This document shows, piece by piece, positions 23,859 to 34,856 of a stretch of DNA of 64,000 nucleotides. Made by a program: the position numbers and the translations under genes. Every line of letters starts with the position of its first letter. Position 1 is the first letter of the stretch. Origin of the DNA: Lophium mytilinum. Its lineage: Eukaryota. The notes beneath the pieces were generated by a model. It was not told where the DNA came from and did no database searches. It saw only the letters and a program-made list of their open reading frames with translations. The stretch is from assembly GCA_010093605.1 (NCBI GenBank), contig MU004195.1:1627566-1691565 (forward strand), in the 5' to 3' direction.

Positions 23859-25685
23859 TCAACCTTTCCTTGCCTCCGCATTGTCGGGAACCGCGAAATC
23901 GACCCTACTAGCCGTGCTTGGGGCCGGAGCTTGAAGATTGGCCTGCTTCTGTTGCGCCTTTAGCTTCTGGCGGCTTCTGTAGCGCTTCTTCTTGAGGAAG
24001 CAATGATTGCAGTTGAGATACCGCATTCCAGATCTCGCGAAGTCCGACTCAGGATGCCACTTGCTACATGATGTGCACCAGTCGTGGCCGGGCCGCTTCT
24101 CCTCTGGTACCGTACGGGCTCGCGGTTGCCGACGAGGTGGGCGTGGAAGCGCTGCCACTGGCTGCGCCAGGTTTGCTGACTGGTATTGAGGTGATGGATC
24201 CAGGTGAACATAAGCATCCACAGCGAGCGTAGAACTTTGCGGAACCAGTGCACGTTGAGGTAGAGCAGTGAAAGGGATGGAAGCAGCCGGGCGTGAAACC
24301 AAAGAAGGCGTTGTTGTGGAGAAACGAGCAAGGAATTCTGCCGCCGATACCAGTCCTGGATAGACAGGGACAATGTATGGGCTAGCGGGCTGTACCACAG
24401 TGTGCTCCTCTGACAGAGCGCTTGGGGGTGGAGCAGTAGCTGGAGGGATACTATTCCGATGTGTAATTGTTGAAGAAACCGACTGAGGGAGTGTTGTTGA
24501 AACAATCGACTGAGGAGGTGTTGTTAGATCAATCAACTGAGGAGGTTCTGTTGATACAATCGATTGAGGAGGTGTTGTTAAATCAATCAACTGAGGAAGT
24601 TCTGTTGGGCCGGTAACCCTATCGACAATGCGCGACCGGATCTTCTCGTCACACTGGTTACAGTTAAGATGGAAATGAACTTTGCTGGTCCGCTGGTCCA
24701 GACGTTCGAATTCATCCCAGGGTTTCTTTGTCATGCATTTGTTACAATGATGCTCCAGTTTTGGCTCATCCTGCTGCGGATTCTGACTCGTGGCAGGCCG
24801 TCGCCTCTTCTTCTGTTTCTTTCGCCGGCGCGTCTTGACCTGATATATTGCACACCGATTACAGACGACCATTTCCTGCCCATTTCTCGCGAACTCGGAG
24901 CTTGGCCTGCTGTAGAGACAGCTCGTGCATTCCCTCTTGTCCTCTTCCTTGTCTTCCTCGTCTTCCTCGTCTTCCTCGTCTTCCTCGTCTTCCTCGTGCA
25001 CAACACCAACCGGTTGCACATATCTTCTTGCTACGCACAAATTGCAAACCCCCATATCGGGCTTTTCTCTGACGAACTCTTCCCGTGACCTTGACTCATT
25101 ACAAGCGTGACAGAGGTCGCGGGCGGATTGTTCAATTCCGGATTGGGGAGAGGGGGATATGGGCTCGCCTGATTCCGGAATCACGGGTTCGTTTGAACTG
25201 GAGGAGCCCTCTGATGATTGATTTGCTGGCGCTAAGTCTTGATGTACTTTTGCTGGGGAAGCTATAGGCACGGGCGGATTGTATCCCTCGCCATCTGCTT
25301 CTGGCACGGTGTTAGGATGTGTCGGACTACCTGGCGATTGCAATACTGCCGCCAATTTCGTTCCCCTTGGGCTTGACATAGGTGACATATCTGTTTGGAT
25401 TTGGGGTCGATCGCTGGGTAGACTGGAAGGTGAGATTGACGTCGAAGGGCTCGCTGGAGGCTGGATTGCTTTGCGCGACTGGCTCTGCGCCTCGGCGGAT
25501 GGTGTAGCGATGGGAACGGAGGACGGGGAGGGTTCTGGACTCTGACTTGATTGATGGCTCGTTGCTCCTTCTTCAGTCTCTGTTCCTTGCGTCCAAGCAA
25601 GTGGCGGCGGAAGCAGATTTTTGTCTGGCAAGTGCTGTATACGCGCTCGGCGCCTTCGCATGTCCTCGTAGTAGTCATGATCCAT
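23859..25685 (-). CDS. Intronless orphan protein with four CxxC...EF/DF...CxxC zinc-finger-like modules
   Basis: 608-aa ORF with CHAC..CNLC, CTSC..CNRC, CNKC..CNQC and CTSC..CNHC. Basic NLS-like stretches, an acidic tract and duplicated QLIDLT. Confidence 0.75.
   Translation of the reverse strand: MDHDYYEDMRRRRARIQHLPDKNLLPPPLAWTQGTETEEGATSHQSSQSPEPSPSSVPIATPSAEAQSQSRKAIQPPASPSTSISPSSLPSDRPQIQTDMSPMSSPRGTKLAAVLQSPGSPTHPNTVPEADGEGYNPPVPIASPAKVHQDLAPANQSSEGSSSSNEPVIPESGEPISPSPQSGIEQSARDLCHACNESRSREEFVREKPDMGVCNLCVARRYVQPVGVVHEEDEEDEEDEEDEEDKEEDKRECTSCLYSRPSSEFARNGQEMVVCNRCAIYQVKTRRRKKQKKRRRPATSQNPQQDEPKLEHHCNKCMTKKPWDEFERLDQRTSKVHFHLNCNQCDEKIRSRIVDRVTGPTELPQLIDLTTPPQSIVSTEPPQLIDLTTPPQSIVSTTLPQSVSSTITHRNSIPPATAPPPSALSEEHTVVQPASPYIVPVYPGLVSAAEFLARFSTTTPSLVSRPAASIPFTALPQRALVPQSSTLAVDAYVHLDPSPQYQSANLAQPVAALPRPPRRQPRARTVPEEKRPGHDWCTSCSKWHPESDFARSGMRYLNCNHCFLKKKRYRSRQKLKAQQKQANLQAPAPSTASRVDFAVPDNAEARKG
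24948..24997. repeat. 9-bp coding minisatellite (TCTTCCTCG)n encoding EDE repeats
   Basis: Directly visible; gives EEDEEDEEDEEDEEDK. Confidence 0.9.
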
Positions 25686-26055
25686 TGCGGCAGATCTAAT
25701 AGATAGGCATAGACCGAAGGGGGGGATGCAAGTTGGGTGCAGAGGGGGACGCTGCTAAGTCCTTGTATTTGAGCAGTGAACCTTGGGGAGGCTGCAAGAT
25801 AGGGAGCAGACTTATAGGCTGCGCGCGTGCTCCAAGGCACTGGTGAATGCAATGTCATGTGTGATCCTTGGCATCTCGGGGAATTCGCGGCCGACGACGT
25901 TCCGTATCATTTCATCGACTGCTGGCGTCGTTAAACTAGCCAGATATACTGTGACGTAGGTGCTGGGCCGGTGGAGAGAAGTTGTGATGTAGAACATGAT
26001 GATTACTTAGGGTTATAGATACGATTATTCTGGAAAGCTGGTATAAAAGGATCAT

Positions 26056-26164
26056 GCCACTATGGCTCAGATGGCCCAAAGTTACCCAGGTGGTGGAAAC
26101 TTAAAGACGCTGAGTCCAGGTTCGAGTCGCGCAGACTTCTCCTTTTTGCCTTTTTCCTTTTTTT
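26056..26164 (+). other. tRNA-like RNA polymerase III type-2 element (A box, B box, oligo-T) without an intact cloverleaf
   Basis: A box TGGCTCAGATGG 26063-26074, B box GGTTCGAGTC 26119-26128, T-runs 26143-26164. Acceptor and T stems do not pair. Confidence 0.55.
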
Positions 26165-27819
26165 GGTCACGTGACCTTATAATTCACTTACTACCTTTAA
26201 ACCAGCTCTAGGACGCGCAAGCTTTCTTAAAGATGAAACCTTTCTCTTTAGAAAAAGATGACCTACGTATTGTGGGCCTACAGGTGCAACTTCCGAAGAC
26301 ACAGATACAGGTAGGTATTCGAGCAGGTTCAGAGATCTACACCTAGAACGAGCCAGCTGGATTAAAACTGTTCAAACAACGTCTTTTTTTTTTTAGAAAC
26401 GAGCACGACAACAAAACTTCTTGCTATCAGTCTTGAAGGCGACGTGGAAGAAGCGGTTCATATTTCTTGAAAGTTGGAGAGAACCTTCAAAGAAGCATGA
26501 GCACTGCATATCTTCAGCAACGCACACGCTTACGCAGCGCCTTTGCGCGTCCAGGTCACCCCATCATACAGCAACGCCTACAAGGACTCACGAGAGACAA
26601 GCAATGTTGCTACTTTGATGGGAGCATAGGTTGCCGCTCTATCGAGAGATCGCAATGGTACCGCGGGCAGGACAGTACTTGCGGCTAGCATTACTCTAGA
26701 CCAGGCCCCGAGATCGCATCAGGATGGGTTGATGGCGATGGATGAAGTAGGAGAAGAAGAGACGCAGACGAAGATGAGATGAAAGGAGGCAAAGAGGTAC
26801 GCAGACCTAAGACGTCAAGCTTGGACCAAGTGGGGTGTTCCGTCGGCTAACGTCACGTTTCGCTATTTCTTGAGTACCACTATTCTCTTTGGAGCACGTT
26901 TATTTATGGCGAAAGGCCTCCTGCTGATTGGCATGTTTCGAAGAGAATTACGAAGGTCACGTCAGCACAGTGTAAAATACAATCTGAAAAGACAGTGGAT
27001 ATGCTTCGAGTTGGTGATGTGGCGCTTTCGCCGATCACTACGCTTCTAACTTCAATATCAAACACCAAATACTCCTGAATCTCGCTTTCTCGATAGGAAA
27101 TACTTTGAGATAGCCCGGAGGACTACCTAAGGAGCAGCGCGCTAACAAATCCACCTCGCTTCAATCGCGCAGCAATATTGGAGACCCCGTCATATCCAAT
27201 CGCAATTATCGCCGAAATCCCAGTCAGCATCTTGTCTTATTTGATACATTGCAAAGGGGACTATAGCTACATATTAGTACCACTAGCGCTCTGGGACGGG
27301 CGATGCCGCTTTCAGGCTTGAGCGTCTTGACTCAGATTTGGATGTCAAAGTCAGGAGAAGCTGAATCGAGGCTTTAGATGATAGAATAATGGATACATAA
27401 TAAATTAAGCCCAAGGACCTCCAACCTAGATAACTACATAGTAACTTGTACAAATACAGTCTCATTTTGAGCCAAATGGAATAGCAGGAGCTGGAACGGG
27501 GAACAATTCGAGCATTACGGTCCGCAATCCCGTGTTTTTGGAACCAGAACGCCGGCCTGAAGAAGGGTTAAGGGAAGAAATGTAGGTTCCACTGGATCGA
27601 TGGCTTGCGTCTCCTCGGCCTGTGCTTAAGCCGAGGCTTTGGTGGGCGACGAGGCAGTGAAGGTTGCTCGTTCGTGGTGGTCTGAGTCGGGCTGTGGAGC
27701 TGTGTATGCGATATGTCTTCAAATTGAACCTTCGGTGAAAGTTTCTCTGGCTCGTCGACTTGCCGGACTTTCTCTTCGGCCTCCTCTTCCTCCACGACCT
27801 TCTCTCCGCCCCGCACACT

Positions 27820-28792
27820 TCAATGCACCCCATTGACCAACCCGTTCGGCAACTGCCCCATCAACTCCTCCTTCTTCACATCCTCGCCCTTCGATTCCTG
27901 CTTAACATCCTCTCCCTGCGCCTGCTCCTGCCCCGCCTCCTCATCCACCTCCGTGTTCTCATCCTCCTCCTCTTCCACCTCCTCATCTTCTTCCTCGTCA
28001 TCGTCCTTCACCTCTGGCCACTCCTCCGCCCTCGCATCCGGCACCCTTTCGGGACTCAGCCCCCAGCTCTGCACCGCCCTCACCAAATCCACGGCCAACA
28101 TCCCATTCTTCCGCAGCGCCTTATCCCAATGCTGCGGGATCCCATCCCCCCTCAACACCAACCCCCGCGCCACACTGCTCACCAACACCGCCCGCATCTT
28201 ACTCCCCTCCTCCGTGTTCGCGTACACGTACTGCACCCGCCTTAGCCCGGGGTACGTGTCGCTCTCCTTGTACCAGTGCTTGATCTGCGCCATGACCTGC
28301 GTCTGCAGGGCGCGGGCGCGGAATTTCGAGCCGAGGAGGTAGAGGTCGTAGAGGACATCGAGGTCGGCTTCTTTGGCGGGGGTGGGGGTGTGGGCGGAGT
28401 AGAGCCAGTGGACGAAGGATTGGAAGGGCTCGGGGTCTTCGTCGGGGAGGGTGTAGGATTTGTCGGTTGAAGAGGAGGAGAAGGTTTTGGCGAAGAATTG
28501 GGAGCGCGCCGTGAGCAGGGCTTCGTGGAGGGCGTATTCGGTGTTGTTGGGGCCGACTTTGATGGTTACGAGGGAGGGGGTGAGGAGCCTGAAGGATGTT
28601 AGTTGGGGGTTAGGGTTTGGGAGAGGGATGGAGTGGCGTGATGCAGGGTGCGGATTAGGATGAGATGATGGGGGTATGGAGAAGGTGGTTGCGATTGATG
28701 GAGTAGATGGTAGAACCGTCCTAGCTCTAACACAACTGAGATAGAAGAGAAATCACGTACTCATTGAGCGGAGTATCCTTGCCTTCGCCCAT
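27820..28792 (-). CDS. BTB/POZ domain protein with acidic tail
   Basis: Exon 1 MGEGKDTPLN, intron ~28760-28590, then VTIKVGPNNTEYALHEALLTARSQFF...LPDEDPEPFQSFVHWLY. Confidence 0.9.
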
Positions 28793-30313
28793 TGTCAAAA
28801 GTAGTCGCAAGCGTCGCGTCAAAAAGAAAAGGTATGTGAAAGAGGCAATGTCGAAATATCAAGCGAAAAGACTGAAGGTTCGGAGATAGATAGCGCTTTG
28901 GAGATGACTTTGCGCAAAGAGGAGTAATCGAATCAGAAGAAGACGAGAACGGGCTGCCTCTCCTCTTATTACGCTCCCTGCCTCCCCCCAGCCTCTCCCA
29001 TCCCAAAAGCTGGCCAGCATGACGAAATGGCTGTGCAACCCATGCTGCCACACGTTCCCGCGCTGACGACGTCACGATGCATCCATCCCGTCCCCAGCCC
29101 CCTGCGGCCATCTCAATGCAGCACCAGGCTTCCCTGCACTCGCGACCGAGAGTGGCTGGAGCATAGGGGAGCATGTGTAAGAGGAGCCGTTGGTGTGTCG
29201 GTAGCGTGGCGCAGAAAGGTTGGAAACTTGGACACGAAACGGGCCGTGGCGTGCGAGTTGGCAACACGCAGGTTGAGCCGGTGTTTCAGACGAGCAGGTT
29301 GAGCCGGTGGTTCTCTCCCGCCCGTTCCTCACCATCTCCTTGGCTCCTGGACGAATTATTGCCACGCAGTACTGCGATCAAGGAACATATATAGTACATT
29401 ATCGAGATCGTGAACAGATGGGGTGGCGATAGTTAGGGATGTGCCAACTCTATCTCAACGTCTGTTGTTGTTATAGTGGCTTTTCCGCTGTAAATGAGGT
29501 GCCGTCTCCTCTTTGGTATATTTAGAACCATTCCCAGCCCAAACGTCATGAGTCCGTTCTCCTAACCCGTGATCGTGTCATTTCAGGGCGGGGCAGAAAT
29601 GAGAGGATCGTGGCGTTTAGCCGAGGGTTGATAGTAGGTAGCTCGTCGTATAGGTTAGCAGAACCTCGACCTCACAAATCATAGCGAGCAGTGCAGAGCA
29701 GGAGGCGAAATAATAGAGCACTTCAATTCCTCTGTCTCCACTCTCCAACTACACCATTCCAATCACCAAACCCCTCTCACATCCACGATAATATACACGA
29801 TCTCCGAAGAATGGCAGGTAGAAGGTTCATCCAAATCGATCCCATCATCCCATCCATCCATACATCTTCACCCATCCCTGGCCATCCCGTCACCACCATC
29901 GCTCATTTCGCAGACCAAAAGAAAATCGAGAGTTACGATGATCCGACCCACATTTCCGATTCGGGCTTACACAGTCCTATTACGTACGCCGATTTAAGAC
30001 AATAGAGCGGAACAATAGTAGAAGTAGGCAAAGAAAACCCAACCCAATCAACGGACTGACGTGTAGGATCAAAAGTCGCAAAGAAGAAGCATTCCAAGAC
30101 TTAAGCGAGGTAAGAAGCAGAAATGTGGTAGTGTAGATAGCGTAGATGATCTTTCAGTTACGAAAAACGTGAGAGATTGATAGAAGAAAAACGTGACGGG
30201 GGAATAACCATAACTCCAAAAACGCGCGTGGATACCAATGAGATCAAGGTAAATCCCGCTCCCAACAAAACAAAGGAACGTATCAAGGGTCAATCCGCAC
30301 TCTTCCCCTCCGA

Positions 30314-31778
30314 TCATGAATGGAAAAGATCCCATGCTCTCGCGCATAGGCTAATGAACTCCTCCTTCTTTCTCCGGTTCTCCTCTGGCGTGTCTCGCGG
30401 TTCGCCAAAGGGACCCCTCTTTGCCTCTTGACGTCCGAGCGGTGGAGTTCCCATGTCTCGCTCGTACTCGTCACGTCCTCTTCTCCTCCCGCTGCCACTG
30501 CGGTGCAGATCCATGCCGGACATGCCAAGACCGTGATGCATGCTGTGCTGCATCATTGGGTGAGCCGACTTTGGCGGCATCGGTGATGGTGGTGTGGGAG
30601 GTTGATGGCCGCCATAATGGACGATTCGGGGCAGGAGATCTTCCCGGCCCCCCGACATTGACTGGACTGCTTCTTCGGCTGACTTGTACTCGCGGGGTCG
30701 ACCTGAGGTGGGAGCTTGGCTGTTCTGATGCGGGAAGCCAGGTGATGGCAGTGGCGGCTGGATATTCGAGTGCGAGGAGTGGCCAGGGCTGTTATTGTAG
30801 ACGTTGCGGGGCTCGCCGAGAGGTTCGCCGGGGAAGACGGAGGCGATGGGTGGTAGGCGGTTGTTTGTCTGGGTGGCGGGCACGTGGTGGATATGTGATG
30901 TGTGGGAGAGATTAGAGGGCTGGTTGGCGACCTGCCTTGAAGGCGGGTGTAGGCCGTTGCGCAGACCGGTGAAGGATTGGTTGAGCGGCGCGGACTGGAT
31001 GACACGTTCGTTGGCAAACTGGTTGTGGGACGGCGGGGCGATGGAGAGGCCGGGGGGAGGGCCCTTTCGCCGCGAGGTGGTGGGTGTCTTCATGCCATTG
31101 CGGAACGGGTTGGCGTCTTGTCGAAGGCCTTCGCCGTCGTTGCCACCCTTCTTTTGTCGTTGCTCAATTATCTGTCGTTGGCGGTCCCGCATCTCAATGC
31201 TCCGCTGAAGCTGCTCCCGCATGGTGGGATCCTGGGTATGGAACCCGGGCGAGAGACAAGCCAGGCCGACTTCGTGCATGCCTAGGCCGGCGCTGTCTTT
31301 GGAGGTGAGGGGTGCGGATGGGCGTGCGGTGAGGGCGCCGGAGGTGTTGAGGGTAGTGTTACCGGAGAAATTCAACCTTGGCGGTCGGTGGCGCGATGAG
31401 GGCAGCTCGGGCGAGGATGGAGCCTCTTTTTTTATAGTAATCTTCGGTGCATGCGGGCCTCTCGATCTGCGACTCGATCTGTGAGCGGCCATGTTGGCAG
31501 GAGCGGAGTGGTGAGTGTGGGAGTGGCGGGGAGGGTAAGAGGAAGAACGAGAGTGAATGGTAATAGACATACGAATTAGGCGAGCGTTTCCCGTCTCCTC
31601 GCGGGTGCGATGAGCCGTCGCTGGAGGTGGGAGAAACATTGTCGGTGTGCGGTCTCGACTTGCTGGGCGTCGAGGTGGTCAAGGGCGCAATGGGAGCATA
31701 TGTGCGCTGGCTGGCCATCTGGTCCATCTGCGGCGGCGCGAGCGGCGCAGTGAGCGGGGGCGCGGCGACGGTGGTCAT
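30314..31778 (-). CDS. Conserved fungal Pro/Ser-rich hypothetical protein
   Basis: Exon 1 MTTVAAPP... then a GTATGT...CACAG intron joining in frame to the 441-aa ORF. Blocks GLACLSPGF, VIQSAP, KEEFISLCARAWDLFHS look conserved. Confidence 0.8.
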
Positions 31779-34700
31779 GTTTGAGGCGCGTTGGAGGTGC
31801 GGCCGGTGTTGGAGGAGGGTTGCAAAGAGATGAAGGGAGTCTTGTTTGTGTTGGTATGGGAGGCGCAACACTTTGCGTGTCTGAGGAGGGCGGCGAAGAT
31901 ATTCTTAGAGCGATCTCAAACGCGAAGGAGCGGCGGAGCCAACAGAGCAAACTGGTGGCCGAAAGCGAAGGAGCGGAGAGCGCGGCGAGATCCGCTGGAC
32001 GTGCGGCGACGAGAGAGTGCGGCGTCTGCGGTTGTGCAGTGCTGCTCTTCGGCGGTGGTGAGGAGGGTCGGATGCTGAGGAGAACAGAGTCGCTCACGTC
32101 GGGGTGCAGAGTATTTGGTGGTCGCCGGGGGCAGGTGGGAGGTTAGGGAGCCCTGGCGGTGCCGTCTCGATCGGAGTCAGCAGCACTCGTCTGTCTTCGA
32201 ACGAGGGGCTGCTTGGCCGGGCTGTTAGAGAGACGGACGGGGGCGCAACAAGGGCCAATCGCTGCCGTGAAGGGGCACGGCCGGTGGTTTCAGCTTGTCG
32301 CAGCGGCGAGATCGCTATTTCGGAGGAGCTGGGTGCTGCTGAGGGCTAGAAAAGAAGGAGAGAGGAGAACAGAGAGAGGCGGAATAGGAGCACACTATCG
32401 TCGTCGACTCGGGCTGACATCTGCTCGCCCTCTTCGGCATCTGCTCTGGGACATGTTCGCAAGCGCTGGCTGGGCTGTGGTTGAGTGTCGCCCAGCCAGT
32501 CGCACCGCGGGCTGTTCCAATAAATCTTTGGCCTGCATCGGGCCAATCGACGCCAGGGCCTGCGTTTCACCCACCGGTCTAGCAGCGCCCCAGGCCCTTC
32601 ACGCACAAGGCGTTTGATGACCACCCGGACCCCGAAAAGATTGCTGTGAGGGCCCAAAAAGCGGAGACACCACGAGCACCGAAGACGCATAAACAACCAC
32701 CCCCGAGTTTCACCCCCATAGCGACATCACAGTGTCACTGATCGCACCCTCTACCGTCCAGGGGTCCGTGTATGCGCAGGGCTGAGCTGAGCTGGGCCGC
32801 AAGGGATCAGAGAGAGAGGGATCAGGAAGAGGATGACTCCAGCGCATCCTCATCCTAACATTCGAGCATCCCGACCCATCCTTCACTGCCATCCTCTGAC
32901 TGGCTATTCGCCTCCATCTCTAGCCGCGCCAGCTGCAAACGCACTCCCCTTTCTCCGTCACCAACACGCGGCCCCGCTGGTTGGCTGTCGGGCCGCTGCA
33001 TGTTTCTCGGCGCTTATCGAACAAATACTTCCTTTACCGCGCGTCTTGTCCCCAAACTCAACACCAAGACCATGGTCCGGCCTCATGTATATCGCGTCTC
33101 TTATACCCCATCGTTAGCAGTCTCCGCGTGAGATAGATTGCCACCAAGTCCCCACGTGCCGCACCCACCCATCAAACCCTTCACTACCCTTCTTCATATA
33201 GCGTTTCCCCGCGAGCCACGCCCCAAACCGCTCCTCCTCCTTGAGACGTGCCATAATTCCCGTCCTCCTCACCAGCACGCCTTCATCGCCTCGCCGCCGC
33301 AGCCGCGTTTCCACGAGATTGCCCGCTCGCGAAAGGATTGGGCCCCGCGGCGCGTTCTCCGCCCGTTGAAACACATCGGCGACCAGGGTCTTGTCGCAGC
33401 CTTCCCGTGCTCAACGTGCGTGATGCGATCTCCCACCACTGTGTTTTATGCAGCATGGCGCAATTCTTCGAAACTAGGTATGTCGCATTGATGCCTTTGT
33501 TGACTGTTGATTATCACGACCGCCGTTGCGTGATCGACAACCGCACGGTTCTGCCTTCACATGAACGTGTGAGAGAGCTAGGTAGGTTAATAGCACAACC
33601 TCACCTCCCGGAAAAAAGTCTCTCCCGCCTCTCGCACGCCCCGCCGGTCTTTCTATCCCCCCGGTCTGGAGGTATTGGATGGCCACAGCCTCCACTGCGC
33701 CGTGTCGCCGCATGCCACCTCATCCCCCTCCTCTCGCCACGCTGCGCCGGGTTGTTTCGTTTCGATTTGTTTCAATTTGCTATTCTGCGCGTTGTTATAC
33801 TTCCCTGCCCCGCATCGCTCCTATGGAGTCTGGGTCGTGTTTCCAATACCGCGGTAAGTGGCTCGCATGGCTAAATAGAATAGCCCCTACCATCGCGTTG
33901 TAAATAGCCGATGGGATGCAACCGAGCCCGGGGGGAGGGGTGGTGGTTGATATGCGCGGTGTGGGTCGAGACCGTTTGAGTGTATATGGTTTTATTTTCA
34001 ATCCGGTGGGGTAGAAAGTGAGTGAGAGTGTTTGGTGGGTTCAAGACCTTGTTATCGCTACCAAGTGCACGAAGATTGCGAAATCGTGCGTGTAGTATAG
34101 CCCTACTCTAATCCTCCCACCCTTCCACATCGCTCGACTCGCCTATCCAGTAACTTAAAATGTTCGCTATTACTATCTGCAAACCCCGCCAAACGCGCCG
34201 CCCTCTACTACCTACAAGCGATTCGTGCGTAATCACTGTATAAGCGCAAACTACTTCGCGTTTTGGCGTGCAAAATTCCCCTTACGCGTCTACTGTCTAT
34301 GTACGAAAGGTACAGCCTAGCACACCTAGCATTGGTGGCTATAAGGGAAGCTCGGCGTCGTGTTCACAGCGCTATCGATTGGCCCCCGGTACGACGCGCC
34401 CACTGGGCGGACTCCGAACGCCACTCCCGCTTGGAGTTGTACAAAAGACGCTGGGCGGTGGGGCGGTGAGGAAATGGGGAAGTGGGTTGGATTGGGGTTT
34501 GGGAATGTCGGAATGGTGGGGGGTTGGAAAAGTTGTGATGCCGTTGGACTACTCATGTGGTAATGGTGGTAGAGGGGGCTTTTGAGCAGGAGGAAGAAAA
34601 GGAAGAAGGTTCCTCGATAAGGGAGTCAAAGCCAGGTTCGAGTCTCTGGGTGAAGTCGTGTTGGTTGGTGAGTCGAATTGTGCTGCAAAGGCAAACATTG

Positions 34701-34856
34701 ATTGAAGGTGAGTTGATGTATTGATAGAGCATAGTATTGAAAAGCTACAGACTTTTATCGAGAACTAGAAGGGGATAGGACGTCTTTCGAGCTATTGACA
34801 ATTCGGAGAGGAAACTCATTGGCACGAAACAGATCGTAACAAGCTTCTCCAGGTCT

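Noticed and set aside
25996..26113. Box C/D snoRNA (ATGATGA ... CTGA)
   Set aside because: No terminal stem or recognisable rRNA guide; the motifs may be chance.
26056..26140. Functional tRNA gene
   Set aside because: The 5' GCCACTA has no complementary 3' acceptor strand, and the T-stem arms (CCAGG/CGCGC) do not pair.
31800..34600. Many overlapping 60-180 aa ORFs
   Set aside because: GC-rich promoter/UTR-like sequence with no protein motifs; likely spurious.
34634..34643. Isolated B-box GGTTCGAGTC
   Set aside because: No A box or terminator nearby; a single 10-mer is not enough.
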